Source: an uncultured Solirubrobacterales bacterium
GTDB lineage: Bacteria; Actinomycetota; Thermoleophilia; Solirubrobacterales; Solirubrobacteraceae
Direction of reading: 5' to 3'
Assembly (NCBI GenBank): GCA_963844765.1
Contig: CAWJPN010000001.1
Location: 218,565 to 282,564, forward strand
Length of the DNA: 64,000 nt
This document shows positions 1 through 10,215 of the stretch, in pieces. A program made the position numbers and the translations under genes. The notes beneath the pieces are model-generated. The model saw only the letters and a program-made list of their open reading frames with translations. It was not told the DNA's origin and did no database searches. Within the stretch, counting starts at the first letter, position 1, and every line of letters starts with the position of its first letter.

Positions 1-1
1 C

Positions 2-1108
2 CCGGCGCCCTCCGGGCGCCTGGCCTCGCGCGCGGGCCTGCCGGCGGGGTGCACGCCGCTGATCCGCGCCGACCGTCTCGCCCAGCGCCTGGGGCTCAAG
101 GAGGTGTGGGTCAAGAACGACGCGGCCAACCCCACCCACTCCTTCAAGGACCGCGTGGTGTCGGTCGCCGCGGCGCGCGCCCGCGAGCTGGGCTACCAGA
201 CGATCGCCTGCGCGTCCACCGGCAATCTGGCCAACTCCGTGGCCGCCCACGGCGCGGCGCTGGGCCTTGAGTCCTACGTCTTCATCCCCTCCGATCTGGA
301 GGAGCAGAAGGTGCTCGCCACCGGCGTCTACGGCACGAAGCTGGTGGCGGTGAAGGGCAACTACGACGACGTCAACCGTCTCTGCACCGAGCTTTCCGCC
401 GAGCGCGAGTGGGCGTTCGTGAACATCAACCTGCGCCCCTACTACGCCGAGGGCTCAAAGACGCTGGCGTTCGAGATCGCCGAGCAGCTGGGCTTTGAGC
501 TGCCCGACCGCTGCGTCGTGCCGATCGCCTCCGGTTCGCTCTTCACGAAGGTCGGCAAGGGCTTTTCCGAGTGGCGCGAGCTGGGGCTTTTGGGGGACCC
601 CGCCCGCCCGCTGCCGCGCATGAACGGCGCGCAGGCCGATGGCTGCTCGCCGGTCGCCTCCGCGTTCGCCGCGGGCCACGACGTGTGCCGTCCGGTCAAG
701 CCGCAGACGATCGCCAAGTCGCTGGCGATCGGCAACCCCGCCGACGGCCCCTACGCGCTCGACCTCGCCCGCCGCACGGGCGGCGGCGTGGACAGCGTCA
801 GCGACGATGAGATCCGCGCTGGCATCGCGCTGCTCGCGCAGACCACGGGCATCTTCACCGAGACCGCCGGCGGGGTCACCACCGCGGTGCTCGCCAAGCT
901 CGCCGCGCGCGGTGACATCGACCCCGAGGAGCGCGTCGTGCTGGTCATCACCGGCGAGGGCCTGAAGACGCTCGACGCGGTGCGCGGCACGTTCGAGAGC
1001 TACGAGATCGATGCGAGCGTCGAGTCCTTCGAGGCAAGCGTTCCCGAGGGGGCCGAGACCGAGCTCACCGCCCCGCTCAGGCCCTCAGCCGTGGGAGCGG
1101 CGGTCTGA
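2..1108 (+). CDS. thrC: Threonine synthase family PLP enzyme (5' end outside window)
   Basis: Frame open from base 2; NPTHSFKDR PLP-lysine motif, ASTGN, SLAIGNP, ITGEGLK. Confidence 0.9.
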   Translation, partial: PAPSGRLASRAGLPAGCTPLIRADRLAQRLGLKEVWVKNDAANPTHSFKDRVVSVAAARARELGYQTIACASTGNLANSVAAHGAALGLESYVFIPSDLEEQKVLATGVYGTKLVAVKGNYDDVNRLCTELSAEREWAFVNINLRPYYAEGSKTLAFEIAEQLGFELPDRCVVPIASGSLFTKVGKGFSEWRELGLLGDPARPLPRMNGAQADGCSPVASAFAAGHDVCRPVKPQTIAKSLAIGNPADGPYALDLARRTGGGVDSVSDDEIRAGIALLAQTTGIFTETAGGVTTAVLAKLAARGDIDPEERVVLVITGEGLKTLDAVRGTFESYEIDASVESFEASVPEGAETELTAPLRPSAVGAAV

Positions 1109-1383
1109 TGGCTGTCACGGTCAAGATCCCCACACAGCTGCGCGCCGCCGCTGAGGGCACAAGCGAGACGGAGCTCGATGGCACCACCGTACAGGAGGTT
1201 CTGAACGGCTTGTACGAGCGCTTCGGCGAGCTGCGCGAGCGCATCTCCGACGACGACGGTTCACTGCGGCGTTTCGTCAACGTGTACGTCAGCGGCGAGG
1301 ACATCCGTTTCCTGGAGGGTCTGCAGACTCCGGTCGCCGACGGCGCTGAGTTGACGATTCTGCCCGCTGTCGCCGGCGGCTGA
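1108..1383 (+). CDS. MoaD/ThiS family sulfur-carrier protein
   Basis: Ubiquitin-like size, RRFVNVYV motif, C-terminal AGG; TGATG overlap with thrC. Confidence 0.9.
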   Translation: MAVTVKIPTQLRAAAEGTSETELDGTTVQEVLNGLYERFGELRERISDDDGSLRRFVNVYVSGEDIRFLEGLQTPVADGAELTILPAVAGG

Positions 1384-2292
1384 GCGGTCTTCCAAGCGCT
1401 GGCGCAGCTCCGCGCCGCGGCCGGCCGCGACCGCGCGGGCGGCGCGCTCATCGGTCAACTCGAAATCGTGGGCGCTCGCGAAATCGAGCAGGTCCTGGCG
1501 TTCCTCGCCTTCGCGGGCGAAGCGCAGGAACAGCCAGCAGAGCAGGCCCAGGGTGAAGATGCTCTCCTCGACCATCATCACCCCGCCCGCGAGGTTCTGG
1601 TCGGCCAGCGGGGAGATGTGCCAGACGGCGTCCCCGTGGGTGTAGTAGGGGTAGAAGACGGTGCCCGACCACAGGAAGATGTTGCCCAGCACCGTGCCGA
1701 TCAGGCGCACCGCGACGATGTAGAGGAACTTGCCCAGGTTGCCAAACCACACCGGCATCGGCAGCGGCCCGAACAGGCACATCCACATGTTGATCCCAAA
1801 GCCGAGGAACATCGCGTGCTCCAGGGCGTGCACTCCCGGGTGGCGCAGCGCCGCCTGATAGAAGACCGGCAGGTGCCACGTGTACAGGTTCACCGCCCAC
1901 AGGGGGAGCGCCACCTGGGGGTTGGCGAGCACGCGCAGGCGGTCGAACAGCCCGATGCGCAGGATTGGCGCGATCAGCGGCCCGGTCAGGCCCAGGACGA
2001 TCAACAGCGCCGCCACGTCGCCCAGCAGCAGGTGCTCGACCATGTGCGCGGTGAGCAGTTCCTGACTGTCCTTGCCGAGCGAGGTGAGGGCCGCGCCGAT
2101 CGTCACGAACCCTCCGTAGAAGCACCCCTGGCGCCAGCCGGGCACCGGGTGGCCCTCCAGGGCCAGTGTGCGCACGCGGCGCGCGTACAGCACCCCCACC
2201 ACCAGCAGCGGGCCGAGCTGGAGCACGTCCTCGAGCCCAATCGCCGCCGCGAGCGGGGGAGTCGTCAAGGATGCCAAGGGGATATGGGACAC
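1261..2292 (-). CDS. Cytochrome c oxidase assembly protein (Caa3 CtaG-like)
   Basis: AHMVEHLLLGD, WHLP, HALEH and DQNLAGGVM motifs; start uncertain, and the stop overlaps moaD. Confidence 0.75.
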   Translation of the reverse strand: MSHIPLASLTTPPLAAAIGLEDVLQLGPLLVVGVLYARRVRTLALEGHPVPGWRQGCFYGGFVTIGAALTSLGKDSQELLTAHMVEHLLLGDVAALLIVLGLTGPLIAPILRIGLFDRLRVLANPQVALPLWAVNLYTWHLPVFYQAALRHPGVHALEHAMFLGFGINMWMCLFGPLPMPVWFGNLGKFLYIVAVRLIGTVLGNIFLWSGTVFYPYYTHGDAVWHISPLADQNLAGGVMMVEESIFTLGLLCWLFLRFAREGEERQDLLDFASAHDFELTDERAARAVAAGRGAELRQRLEDRSAAGDSGQNRQLSAVGDRSLQTLQETDVLAADVHVDETPQ

Positions 2293-2319
2293 CTGCTTGC
2301 AGCGTAGACTGCCGCGAGC

Positions 2320-3744
2320 ATGAGAGCTCTGCGTCGCCCGCCGCTGCTTCTGGGCGGCCTGGTTGTCGCGGCGCTGCTGTTCCCCGCCGCGGCGGGCGCC
2401 CACGGCATCGTCGGCAGGGCCAACCTGCCGATCCCCGTATGGCTGTTCAGCTGGGCGGCGGCGATCGTGCTGGTGGTGTCCTTCGTTGCGCTCTCCACGC
2501 TGTGGATGGCACCCCAGCTGCAGGAGCAGCACCGCCGCAGGCTGATGCCGCTGCCGCAGATCCTGGAGTGGCCGGTGGGCGTGTTCGGCGTGGGCGTATT
2601 CGCGCTGGTGGTGTACAGCGGCTTCGCCGGGGCGCAGGTCTACAGCGCCAACTTCTCGGTGACCTTAATCTACGTGATCTTCTGGGTGGGGGTGCCCGTC
2701 GCCAGCGTGCTGCTGGGGGACGTCTTTCGCCCGCTCAACCCCTGGCGCGCGTGCGCGCGGGTGCTGTGGTGGACGGGCCGCCGCCTCGCCCCGCGGCGCC
2801 TTTCGGAGCCGCCGCTGCGTTACCCGCAGTGGCTTGGGATGTGGCCTGCCATCGCCGGGCTGGTCGGCTTCGCCTGGTTGGAGCTGGTGTACGTCAACCG
2901 CGACATGCCCTCAATCCTGGCGGCGCTGTCGCTCGGCTGGTTTTTGGCGATGCTCCTCGGCATGCTCCTGTTCGGGGTTGAGGACTGGAGCGAGCAGGGG
3001 GACGCTTTCGGGGTCTACTTCAGCCTGTTCTCGCGACTCTCCGCGCTCGTGCGCGACGAACAGGGCTTCCTCTGTGTGCGCCGCCCGCTCAGCGGCCTGC
3101 CCGACCTGCCGATCCGGCGTGGAACGGTGGCGCTGATCTGCACGATGATCGGCAGCACCACCTTCGACGGCTTCAGCAACGGCGGTATCTGGCGCAACAA
3201 CGAGCCTGGCCTGGCCGGTCTGTTCGAAGACCTGGGCTTCCATCTCGTGCCGGCGCAGGAGCTCGCCTACTCGCTCGCGCTGGTGCTGTGCATCCTGCTG
3301 ATCGCCGGCATCTACCGGCTGGGCATTCTCGGTGTGCACAGCGTCAGCGAGCGCTATGACACCGAAACGCTGAAGCGCACCTTTGTCCACACGCTGGTCC
3401 CGATCGCCTTCGCCTACGTGCTGGCCCACTATTTCTCCTACCTCCTGTGGCAGAGCCAGGCGCTCGGCTACCTGCTCTCCGACCCGCTCGGCAACGGCGC
3501 TGACATCTTCGGCACCAGCGGCGCGCAGATCGACTATCACATCGTCTCCTACGCGGCCATCTGGTATGTGGAGGTCGCCGTCCTGCTGGGGGGTCACGTG
3601 GGAGGTCTGATGCTGGCCCACGACCGCGCGCTCGTCCTCTACGAGGACCCGGTCGATGCGGTACGCAGTCAGTATTGGATGTTGGCGGCGATGGTCGCCT
3701 TCACCAGCTTTGGGCTGTGGCTGCTGTCCTCAGTGGGCACGTGA
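2320..3744 (+). CDS. Polytopic membrane protein (FedB / 'fenitrothion hydrolase'-annotated family)
   Basis: N-terminal AHG..LPIP, many TM segments, LVPIAFAYVLAHY, AHDRAL. Confidence 0.65.
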   Translation: MRALRRPPLLLGGLVVAALLFPAAAGAHGIVGRANLPIPVWLFSWAAAIVLVVSFVALSTLWMAPQLQEQHRRRLMPLPQILEWPVGVFGVGVFALVVYSGFAGAQVYSANFSVTLIYVIFWVGVPVASVLLGDVFRPLNPWRACARVLWWTGRRLAPRRLSEPPLRYPQWLGMWPAIAGLVGFAWLELVYVNRDMPSILAALSLGWFLAMLLGMLLFGVEDWSEQGDAFGVYFSLFSRLSALVRDEQGFLCVRRPLSGLPDLPIRRGTVALICTMIGSTTFDGFSNGGIWRNNEPGLAGLFEDLGFHLVPAQELAYSLALVLCILLIAGIYRLGILGVHSVSERYDTETLKRTFVHTLVPIAFAYVLAHYFSYLLWQSQALGYLLSDPLGNGADIFGTSGAQIDYHIVSYAAIWYVEVAVLLGGHVGGLMLAHDRALVLYEDPVDAVRSQYWMLAAMVAFTSFGLWLLSSVGT

Positions 3745-4508
3745 GCGGTGAAGTAGTGTCTGCTGCTCGATCCGCGATGCCACGTCGTCTCGTCATTGCC
3801 GCCGTACTCGGCGCTCTCCTCCTGGTCCCAGCGCTAGCCCAGGCTCAGAATTACGGCCAGTCCAACCCCAACCGGGAGAGTGGCAACCCGATCAACGATC
3901 AGGGGAGCAGCTACAACTACCGCTCATATATCACCGGCGTGGTTCCCAACGTGCCCGGCCTGAGCCTGGAAGTGCTCGAGTTCGCCGACCGGCTGGTGTT
4001 GACCAACCACACCGGCAAGACCGTCACGGTGTATGGCTATGAAGGCGAACCCTACGCGCGCGTGCTGGCGGACGGCACGGTGGAAGTCAACACCAGCTCG
4101 CGCGCCTACTACCTGAACCAGAGCTTCTACGCGGAAGTGACGGTCCCTCCCTCGGCCTCCCCGCACGCCACGCCGCACTGGACTGTGCTGGACCGCACGG
4201 GGCAGTTCGAATGGCACGACCACCGCATCCACTGGATGTCTCCAGTTCCCCCGGCGAAGGTCACCGACAAGGGCAGGCGCACGTTCATCTTCGACTGGGA
4301 AGTGCCGATCCGGGTGGGCGCAGCGCCGGGGGCCGTCCACGGGGAACTGTTCTGGGTGCCCGAGGAAGGCACCAAGACCCCCGCGGCCGCGATCGCGGCG
4401 CTGGTGGCGATCGTGCTGGCGGGCCTTGCGCTGGTGTTCTTCGTGCGCAGGCGCCGGCGGCGGCTGGGCTCAGGCCAACCCGCAGATCCGGCCGGAGGCG
4501 TCTGGTGA
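3741..4508 (+). CDS. Secreted, C-terminally anchored hypothetical protein
   Basis: Signal peptide, WHDHRIHWM His-rich motif, C-terminal TM followed by poly-Arg; GTGA overlap with the upstream gene. Confidence 0.7.
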   Translation: MSGEVVSAARSAMPRRLVIAAVLGALLLVPALAQAQNYGQSNPNRESGNPINDQGSSYNYRSYITGVVPNVPGLSLEVLEFADRLVLTNHTGKTVTVYGYEGEPYARVLADGTVEVNTSSRAYYLNQSFYAEVTVPPSASPHATPHWTVLDRTGQFEWHDHRIHWMSPVPPAKVTDKGRRTFIFDWEVPIRVGAAPGAVHGELFWVPEEGTKTPAAAIAALVAIVLAGLALVFFVRRRRRRLGSGQPADPAGGVW

Positions 4509-4529
4509 GAGGGACCCTTAGAGCGCCTA

Positions 4530-5507
4530 TTAGGCCACGCTGACGCCTGGCGGCGTCTCGATCTGCGTCTCCTCGACCGGCTTTCGCGATGCGATCGGTG
4601 CGACCTGCGCGACGGGGAACAGCGCGAACGCGAGCAGCACGAACAGCGGTCCCGCGTTGACGTCGGTCGCGTTGCCGATCCAGAATGGTCCGCCGAGGCT
4701 CTGCCCGAGCACCCAGTAGGCGAGCGAGAGTACGACCCCGACGGCGAGCGCGGGCCAGCGCAGCGGTGTCCACACGCCGATCGCGACTGCCATGGAGAGG
4801 ATCGCGAGCACAACGGCGATCGTCGCGCCGTGACCCTGCGTGTGGCCTCCGAGCGAATCCTGGAACCTGGCGAGCCAGTGCGGTGAGGCTGCCGCCATTT
4901 CCTTGATCATTTCGTGGGTCGCTTCCCTGGCCCGGTTGACGTTCACCAGCCACAGGGCGGCTGACAAGGCCCAAAGCCCTGACCAGAAGTACAGGCCGCC
5001 GCGGTCCCCGAGCGGTCCCATGGCTGCCGGGGAGCGACCCCTCTGTTTGTCCGTGGGCCACACGAGCAGGCCGATGATCGCGTAGAGGATCACCGCGCCG
5101 GGGGCGCCCATCAGCGGCGAGGGCAGGGTGTTGGAGGTGAGCCCGCCGAAGCCCTCGCCGAACCACCAGACGATGAGGGCCCAGCCGAAGGAGGCGAGCA
5201 GCGCCGGCTTCACCGTCCTGCGGTTGAGGATCAGGCCCAGTCCGATCGCGACCTGGATCTCCCCGGAGAGGGTGTTCCACAGCGTCAGGTCGCGACCGTA
5301 AAAGTCGTCAAACGTCTTCATCGGGCCGCCGATGAAACCCGGCTGGCCCTTCGCGGCCGGCGCGAAGACTTCGCTGACGATGCCGTGCGTGTACATGAAG
5401 CTCTTGAACTGGAAGAGCCCGTCGAGCAGCCAGATCAGCCCCAGCGCGATCTGGATGCCGCGTGTCGTGATACGCAGGCGACCGCTCAATGAGGCTGGGA
5501 CGCTCAT
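4530..5507 (-). CDS. Multi-pass membrane protein
   Basis: 325-aa hydrophobic ORF; LGLIWLLDGLFQF and TDVNAGPLFVLLA. Confidence 0.7.
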   Translation of the reverse strand: MSVPASLSGRLRITTRGIQIALGLIWLLDGLFQFKSFMYTHGIVSEVFAPAAKGQPGFIGGPMKTFDDFYGRDLTLWNTLSGEIQVAIGLGLILNRRTVKPALLASFGWALIVWWFGEGFGGLTSNTLPSPLMGAPGAVILYAIIGLLVWPTDKQRGRSPAAMGPLGDRGGLYFWSGLWALSAALWLVNVNRAREATHEMIKEMAAASPHWLARFQDSLGGHTQGHGATIAVVLAILSMAVAIGVWTPLRWPALAVGVVLSLAYWVLGQSLGGPFWIGNATDVNAGPLFVLLAFALFPVAQVAPIASRKPVEETQIETPPGVSVA

Positions 5508-5632
5508 CGCCGGGCAATGTTACCCCAGCAACCAGGGCACAGCGCCAGTGTCCGGGAACCGCTCGTAGCAGATGCTGCTCGGAGCAGTCACCCATTCGGA
5601 GCAGCCCTGCCCTGTGATAGATTCGCGCCGTC

Positions 5633-6397
5633 ATGGGCAGTATGAGCATGGGCAGCAGCAGTCCCTCGATGCCCCATATGGGCAGCAGCGGTGGGGGCTC
5701 ATCGATGAGCATGAGCGGCGGCGGCTCATCCATGACTCACATGGGCGCGGGTCACGCCTCGATGTCGATCGGTGGCATGTCGATGAGCGCCGGTGGACAC
5801 GGCGCCACCAACATCCTCCCCGAGTGGCTGGCGATCGTCTGGACGTTCGTCTTCATCGCGGTCCTCGTCATCCACACCCGTCACGTGCTCGACAGCGGTG
5901 GGCAGCGGCGGGTATGGCACTCCGGACACGTCCTGATGGCGCTCGGCATGGCGTTCATGTTCGCGCCGGCCTCGATCGATCATTTCAACATTCCCAGCGG
6001 CTTCTGGCAGCTCGTATTCGCCAACGGCGCGCTGGCGATCCTCGCCTGGATGCTGGCTCAGGCGCTCAGCAGGCGGGCGATCAACGTGCTGTGGCTGGTG
6101 ATGGCGATCGACCTCGCGGCGATGGCCTACATGTGGTCGCCGAGCGGCTTTCAGGCGCCGCTCACGTGGCTGCTGGTCGCCTACTTCATCGCCCAGTCGC
6201 TGCTGTGGGTCAGCGACCGGATGCGCAGCGTCGATCACAGGACGCTGCTGGGAGGGAGCTTCTCGGTGACACCCGATGGCGCGGTCGCGATGGACGCCGC
6301 CGAGCCGCTGGTCTGCTTCCGCGACCTGCGCGTGTCGATGTTCGCGATGACGCTTGGCATGGCGTACATGTTTGCCGCCATGCAGTTGATGACCTAA
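5633..6397 (+). CDS. DUF5134-like membrane protein with Met/His/Ser/Gly-rich N-terminus
   Basis: 12 Met in the first 51 aa; GHVLMALGMAFM motif; TM helices. Confidence 0.7.
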   Translation: MGSMSMGSSSPSMPHMGSSGGGSSMSMSGGGSSMTHMGAGHASMSIGGMSMSAGGHGATNILPEWLAIVWTFVFIAVLVIHTRHVLDSGGQRRVWHSGHVLMALGMAFMFAPASIDHFNIPSGFWQLVFANGALAILAWMLAQALSRRAINVLWLVMAIDLAAMAYMWSPSGFQAPLTWLLVAYFIAQSLLWVSDRMRSVDHRTLLGGSFSVTPDGAVAMDAAEPLVCFRDLRVSMFAMTLGMAYMFAAMQLMT

Positions 6398-6422
6398 GGA
6401 CCCGCGGGGCCCTAGCCGCACA

Positions 6423-6482
6423 GCTCGGGCGTCTCGCGGCGGGCTCGGGCGTCTCGCGGCGGGCTCGGGCGTCTCGCGGCGG
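6423..6482. repeat. Perfect tandem repeat, 3 x 20 bp (GCTCGGGCGTCTCGCGGCGG)
   Basis: Read directly, between two convergent stop codons; no spacers. Confidence 0.95.
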
Positions 6483-6486
6483 GTGC

Positions 6487-9336
6487 TCAGCCGATCGGGA
6501 TCGTGAAGGAGCCGCCGAGGCGGTGGCCGGCGCCGTCGGCTCCGGAGATGCGCAGCGACCATTCCCCGCGGCTGAGGTGAACCTGGCCGATGAAGTGGGC
6601 GGGGCCGGCGCGGAAGAAGGTGACCGGCGCGTGGGCTCCAGTGTTGGATGTCGCGCTCATCGCGATCGACTCGAGCGTTGGCTGGCCGGAGGCGCCGGTG
6701 AGGTATACGTGCAGCGCGACGTTGCCCGGCTGCAGCGGCAGCGCGTCGATCGCAAGGCTCTCGCCGCCTGGCTCGGCGATTGTGCGCGCCGCTTCGGAGG
6801 GGCCGACGAAGGTGTTGGGATCTGCCACCACCAGCGCGCCGAGGATCGCCGCCGGCATCACGGTCGCCACGGCGAGGCTCGCGAGCCGCTGGCGGCGCGA
6901 GCGCACCGGCGTGGGGTGTCCCGGACGCCCGAAGCGACGCAGGCGCAGGCTGTTGGCCACGACGATGACGCTCGAGAGCCCCATCGCGGCGCCGGCCAGG
7001 GTGGGGCTGAGCAGACCAGTGATCGCCAGCGGCAGCGCAATCAGGTTGTAGCCAAACGCCCAGCCGAGGTTCTGCAGGATGATCGCGTAGGTCTCGCGGG
7101 CGAGGCGCAGCGCGCGGGCGACGCCGCGCAGGTCGCCGGAGACGACGCTGATGTCGGCCGCCTCCACAGCGGCGCCCACGCCGGTGCCCATCGCGATGCC
7201 GAGGTCGGCCTGCACGAGCGCGGCGGCGTCGTTGACGCCGTCGCCGACCATCGCCACGCGCTTCCCAGCGTCCTGCAGGCGCACCACCTCGGCGAGCTTC
7301 GCGTCGGGGCTGACGCCGGCCAGCACGTGCGCGATGCCGACCTGCCCCGCCACGGCTGAGGCCGCGCGTGGGTTGTCGCCGGTCAGCATCGCGACCTCGA
7401 TCCCCATCCGCTGCAGGCCCGCGATCGCCGTCGCGGACTCAGGCTTGATGGTGTCGGCGAGCGCCAACGCACCCAGAAGCTGCCCGGCGCGCACGACCAC
7501 GACCGCCGTGCGGCCGCTGGCCTCCCAGTCCTCGAGCACCGCGGGCACAGCGTCATGTACCGCAGGGATGGCGTCAATCGCCCCGGGCACACCGTCGAGC
7601 ACCGCAGGGGCAGCAGACGCTCGGCTTGCGGACGTCCCGTTGCTGGAGATCGCGCCCATCGCGTCCTCGGACTGCTGCGGGCGCCCGACCCATACCTGAG
7701 CGCCCTCCACCTCGGCTCGAACGCCCCGGCCGGGGAGCGCTCGAAAGTCTGTCGCCGACGCGATCTGCAGTCCGCGCTCGCGCGCCGCGTCGACGATCGC
7801 CACGGCGACCGGGTGCTCGGAGCCGGCCTCGGCGCTTGCGGCGAGCGCGAGCACCGCGTCGGAGTTCTCGCCGGGTGCGGCCCACACGTCGGTGAGCGAC
7901 AGCTGCCCGGTCGTGATCGTCCCTGTCTTGTCGAGCACGATCGTGTCGATGTCCTGACTGCGCTCGAGGATCTCCGCGCCCTTGATCACCAACCCGAGAC
8001 TCGCTCCGCGCCCGGTGCCGACGAGGATCGCGACGGGCGTGGCCAGGCCCAGCGCGCAGGGGCAGGCGACGACGAGCACCGCGATGGCGGCGAACAGCCC
8101 GCGCTCGGACTGCCCGGCGAGCACCCAGGCGAGCGCTGTCGCCGAGGCGAGCGCGAGCACCGCGGGCACGAACACGCGCGCGATGCGGTCGGCCAGGCGC
8201 TGGATCTGCGGCTGGGAGGACTGCGCGTGCTCGACCAGCTCGACCAGCTTGGCCAGCGCTGTGTCCGCGCCGACAGCGGTCGCCGTGGCGCGCAGCACGC
8301 CGTCGACGTTCACCGTGGCGCCGGTCAGCGTGGCTCCCTCGCCCTTCTCCACCGGCAGCGACTCGCCGGTCAGCATCGACTCGTCCACCGCCGAGGAGCC
8401 CGAGAGGACCACACCGTCGACGGGGATCTTGTCGCCCGGGCGCACCAGGAACAGATCGCCGCGGCGGACCGCCTCGACGGGCACAAGTCGCTCAGGCGCA
8501 GAGGGATCGGAGGGGTCCAGCAGGCGCGCCTGCTGTGCCCCCAGCATCGTCAGCTCGCGCACAGCCTGCCCTGCCCTGTTGCGCGCTGTGGCCTCGCACC
8601 AACGCCCGACGCAGAGGAAGGCGATGATCACCGCCGGGATGTCGTAGTGCAGGTGGGCGTTGAACTCGCCGCCCGGTCCCCCGTGGATGTGGACGTTGGG
8701 AGCCGTCAGCAACTCGACCGTCGCGTACACGAACGCCGTCAGCGTGGCGAGCGCGATCAGCGTGTCCATGTTGGTCGTGCGCGCCCGCGCCCTGACCCAC
8801 GCGCCGTGCAGGAACGGCCAGCCGCACCAGAACTGGATCGGGATGGTCAGTAGCGCCACGATCCAGCGCGCAGTGACATTGTGCGGCTCGGAGTAGGTCA
8901 GTACGACTACCGCTGAGGCCAGCGGGATCGCGACCACCATCCGTCGAAACCAGCCGGCGCGATCCTGCGCCTCGGCGGCCTCGATGTCGGCGATGGCTGC
9001 GGCAGGGGACTGCGTGCCGCTCGCCTCGACCGCTCGTGCGCCGTAGCCAAGGTGCTCGACGACCTCCACGAGCCGCTGCGCGTCGAGGCCCCCGGGTGTG
9101 TGCTCAAAGTTCCCTGGCTTGTAGTCGACGCTCCCCGGTGCAAGCTCGACCGTGGCACGGCCCGTCGCGAAGTTCACGGTGGCCTCGCTGACACCAGGGG
9201 CGGCGCCGAGGGCGCTCTGAACCCGCGCTGCGCAGGACCCACACGACATACCCGTCACGTCGAGCTCCAGCGTGTCGTGGCGCTCGTCGGGGGGCTGGGG
9301 TGAGACGGGTGGCTCTGCGGTCTGGGTGGCGTTCAT
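6487..9336 (-). CDS. copA: Copper-type P1B ATPase with an extra C-terminal TM and soluble domain
   Basis: HMA GMSCGSC, TGES, CPC, DKTGT, SEHP, GDGVNDA, YN and MxxSS Cu(I) ligands. Confidence 0.9.
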   Translation of the reverse strand: MNATQTAEPPVSPQPPDERHDTLELDVTGMSCGSCAARVQSALGAAPGVSEATVNFATGRATVELAPGSVDYKPGNFEHTPGGLDAQRLVEVVEHLGYGARAVEASGTQSPAAAIADIEAAEAQDRAGWFRRMVVAIPLASAVVVLTYSEPHNVTARWIVALLTIPIQFWCGWPFLHGAWVRARARTTNMDTLIALATLTAFVYATVELLTAPNVHIHGGPGGEFNAHLHYDIPAVIIAFLCVGRWCEATARNRAGQAVRELTMLGAQQARLLDPSDPSAPERLVPVEAVRRGDLFLVRPGDKIPVDGVVLSGSSAVDESMLTGESLPVEKGEGATLTGATVNVDGVLRATATAVGADTALAKLVELVEHAQSSQPQIQRLADRIARVFVPAVLALASATALAWVLAGQSERGLFAAIAVLVVACPCALGLATPVAILVGTGRGASLGLVIKGAEILERSQDIDTIVLDKTGTITTGQLSLTDVWAAPGENSDAVLALAASAEAGSEHPVAVAIVDAARERGLQIASATDFRALPGRGVRAEVEGAQVWVGRPQQSEDAMGAISSNGTSASRASAAPAVLDGVPGAIDAIPAVHDAVPAVLEDWEASGRTAVVVVRAGQLLGALALADTIKPESATAIAGLQRMGIEVAMLTGDNPRAASAVAGQVGIAHVLAGVSPDAKLAEVVRLQDAGKRVAMVGDGVNDAAALVQADLGIAMGTGVGAAVEAADISVVSGDLRGVARALRLARETYAIILQNLGWAFGYNLIALPLAITGLLSPTLAGAAMGLSSVIVVANSLRLRRFGRPGHPTPVRSRRQRLASLAVATVMPAAILGALVVADPNTFVGPSEAARTIAEPGGESLAIDALPLQPGNVALHVYLTGASGQPTLESIAMSATSNTGAHAPVTFFRAGPAHFIGQVHLSRGEWSLRISGADGAGHRLGGSFTIPIG

Positions 9337-9702
9337 CCTCAGGGTTTCACGTTAGAGGAGCGGTGGGAGAGCGCCGGGGCGCTCCGGCCTCTGCTGGCCT
9401 CTATTTCAGCATGTCCACGCCGCGAACATGGGTGGCTTGCCCAGTCCCGAACAGGATGGCCTGCCGGCCCTTGGCTGGTGGCTTGCCCCGGTTTCCGTGG
9501 ACCGACGGGCGTGATAGCTTTTGCAGTCGTGCTCGCCTGCCTGATGCACTGGTACATCTCGATGCTCTACGTGGTGCCGGTCGCCGCTGTCGGTGGCTGG
9601 GGCTGGTGGAGCTCACGGCGGATCTCACGTAATCGCAAGCCGCCCAGCTCGCCCGGTTCAACGCCCACCGCGGCCCGCCAGGCGTAGGCCTCACCACCGA
9701 GC

Positions 9703-10215
9703 ATGTCGACGGTACCAGCCCAGGCAGAGCCGACGACCGGGCTTCCACGCAGGCCGGTCAAGACCGAGCACCATCTCGCCAAGGCCCTGCACCCCACGCC
9801 GAGCGTGTTGAAGGAGGCGATGAGCCACGCCGAAGGGTTCAACGCCAAGTTCGCGGTGCTCATCACCAGGCTGGTCGGCACGATGTGGTGCGCCTACCTG
9901 TTCGCGATCATCGCCCTGATCGGGTTGGGTCCCGCGCTGAAGCCCGGCGGCGAGGGCATCATCGCGTGGATCGCGCAGACCTTTTTGCAGCTCGTGCTGC
10001 TGTCGGTGATCATGGTCGGGCAGACCGTGCAGAGCCTCGCCGCGGACGCCCGCGCCACCAACACCTTCAAGGACGCCGAGGTGATCCTCGACCGCCTGGA
10101 CGTGCGGACCCAGGGCGGCCTGAAGACGATCCTCGACCGGCTGGACGAACTTGCGCCGGCGGGATCCGGGGGTCAGGACTCGTCGACCCCGCCGGCTGAA
10201 AGCCGCCAGGCGTAG
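9703..10215 (+). CDS. DUF1003-like small membrane protein
   Basis: IAWIAQTFLQLVLLSVIMVGQ motif, two TM helices. Confidence 0.65.
   Translation: MSTVPAQAEPTTGLPRRPVKTEHHLAKALHPTPSVLKEAMSHAEGFNAKFAVLITRLVGTMWCAYLFAIIALIGLGPALKPGGEGIIAWIAQTFLQLVLLSVIMVGQTVQSLAADARATNTFKDAEVILDRLDVRTQGGLKTILDRLDELAPAGSGGQDSSTPPAESRQA

Noticed and set aside
6423-6482. 3 x 20-bp repeat as a CRISPR array
   Set aside because: Units are contiguous with no spacers, and there are no cas genes in the window
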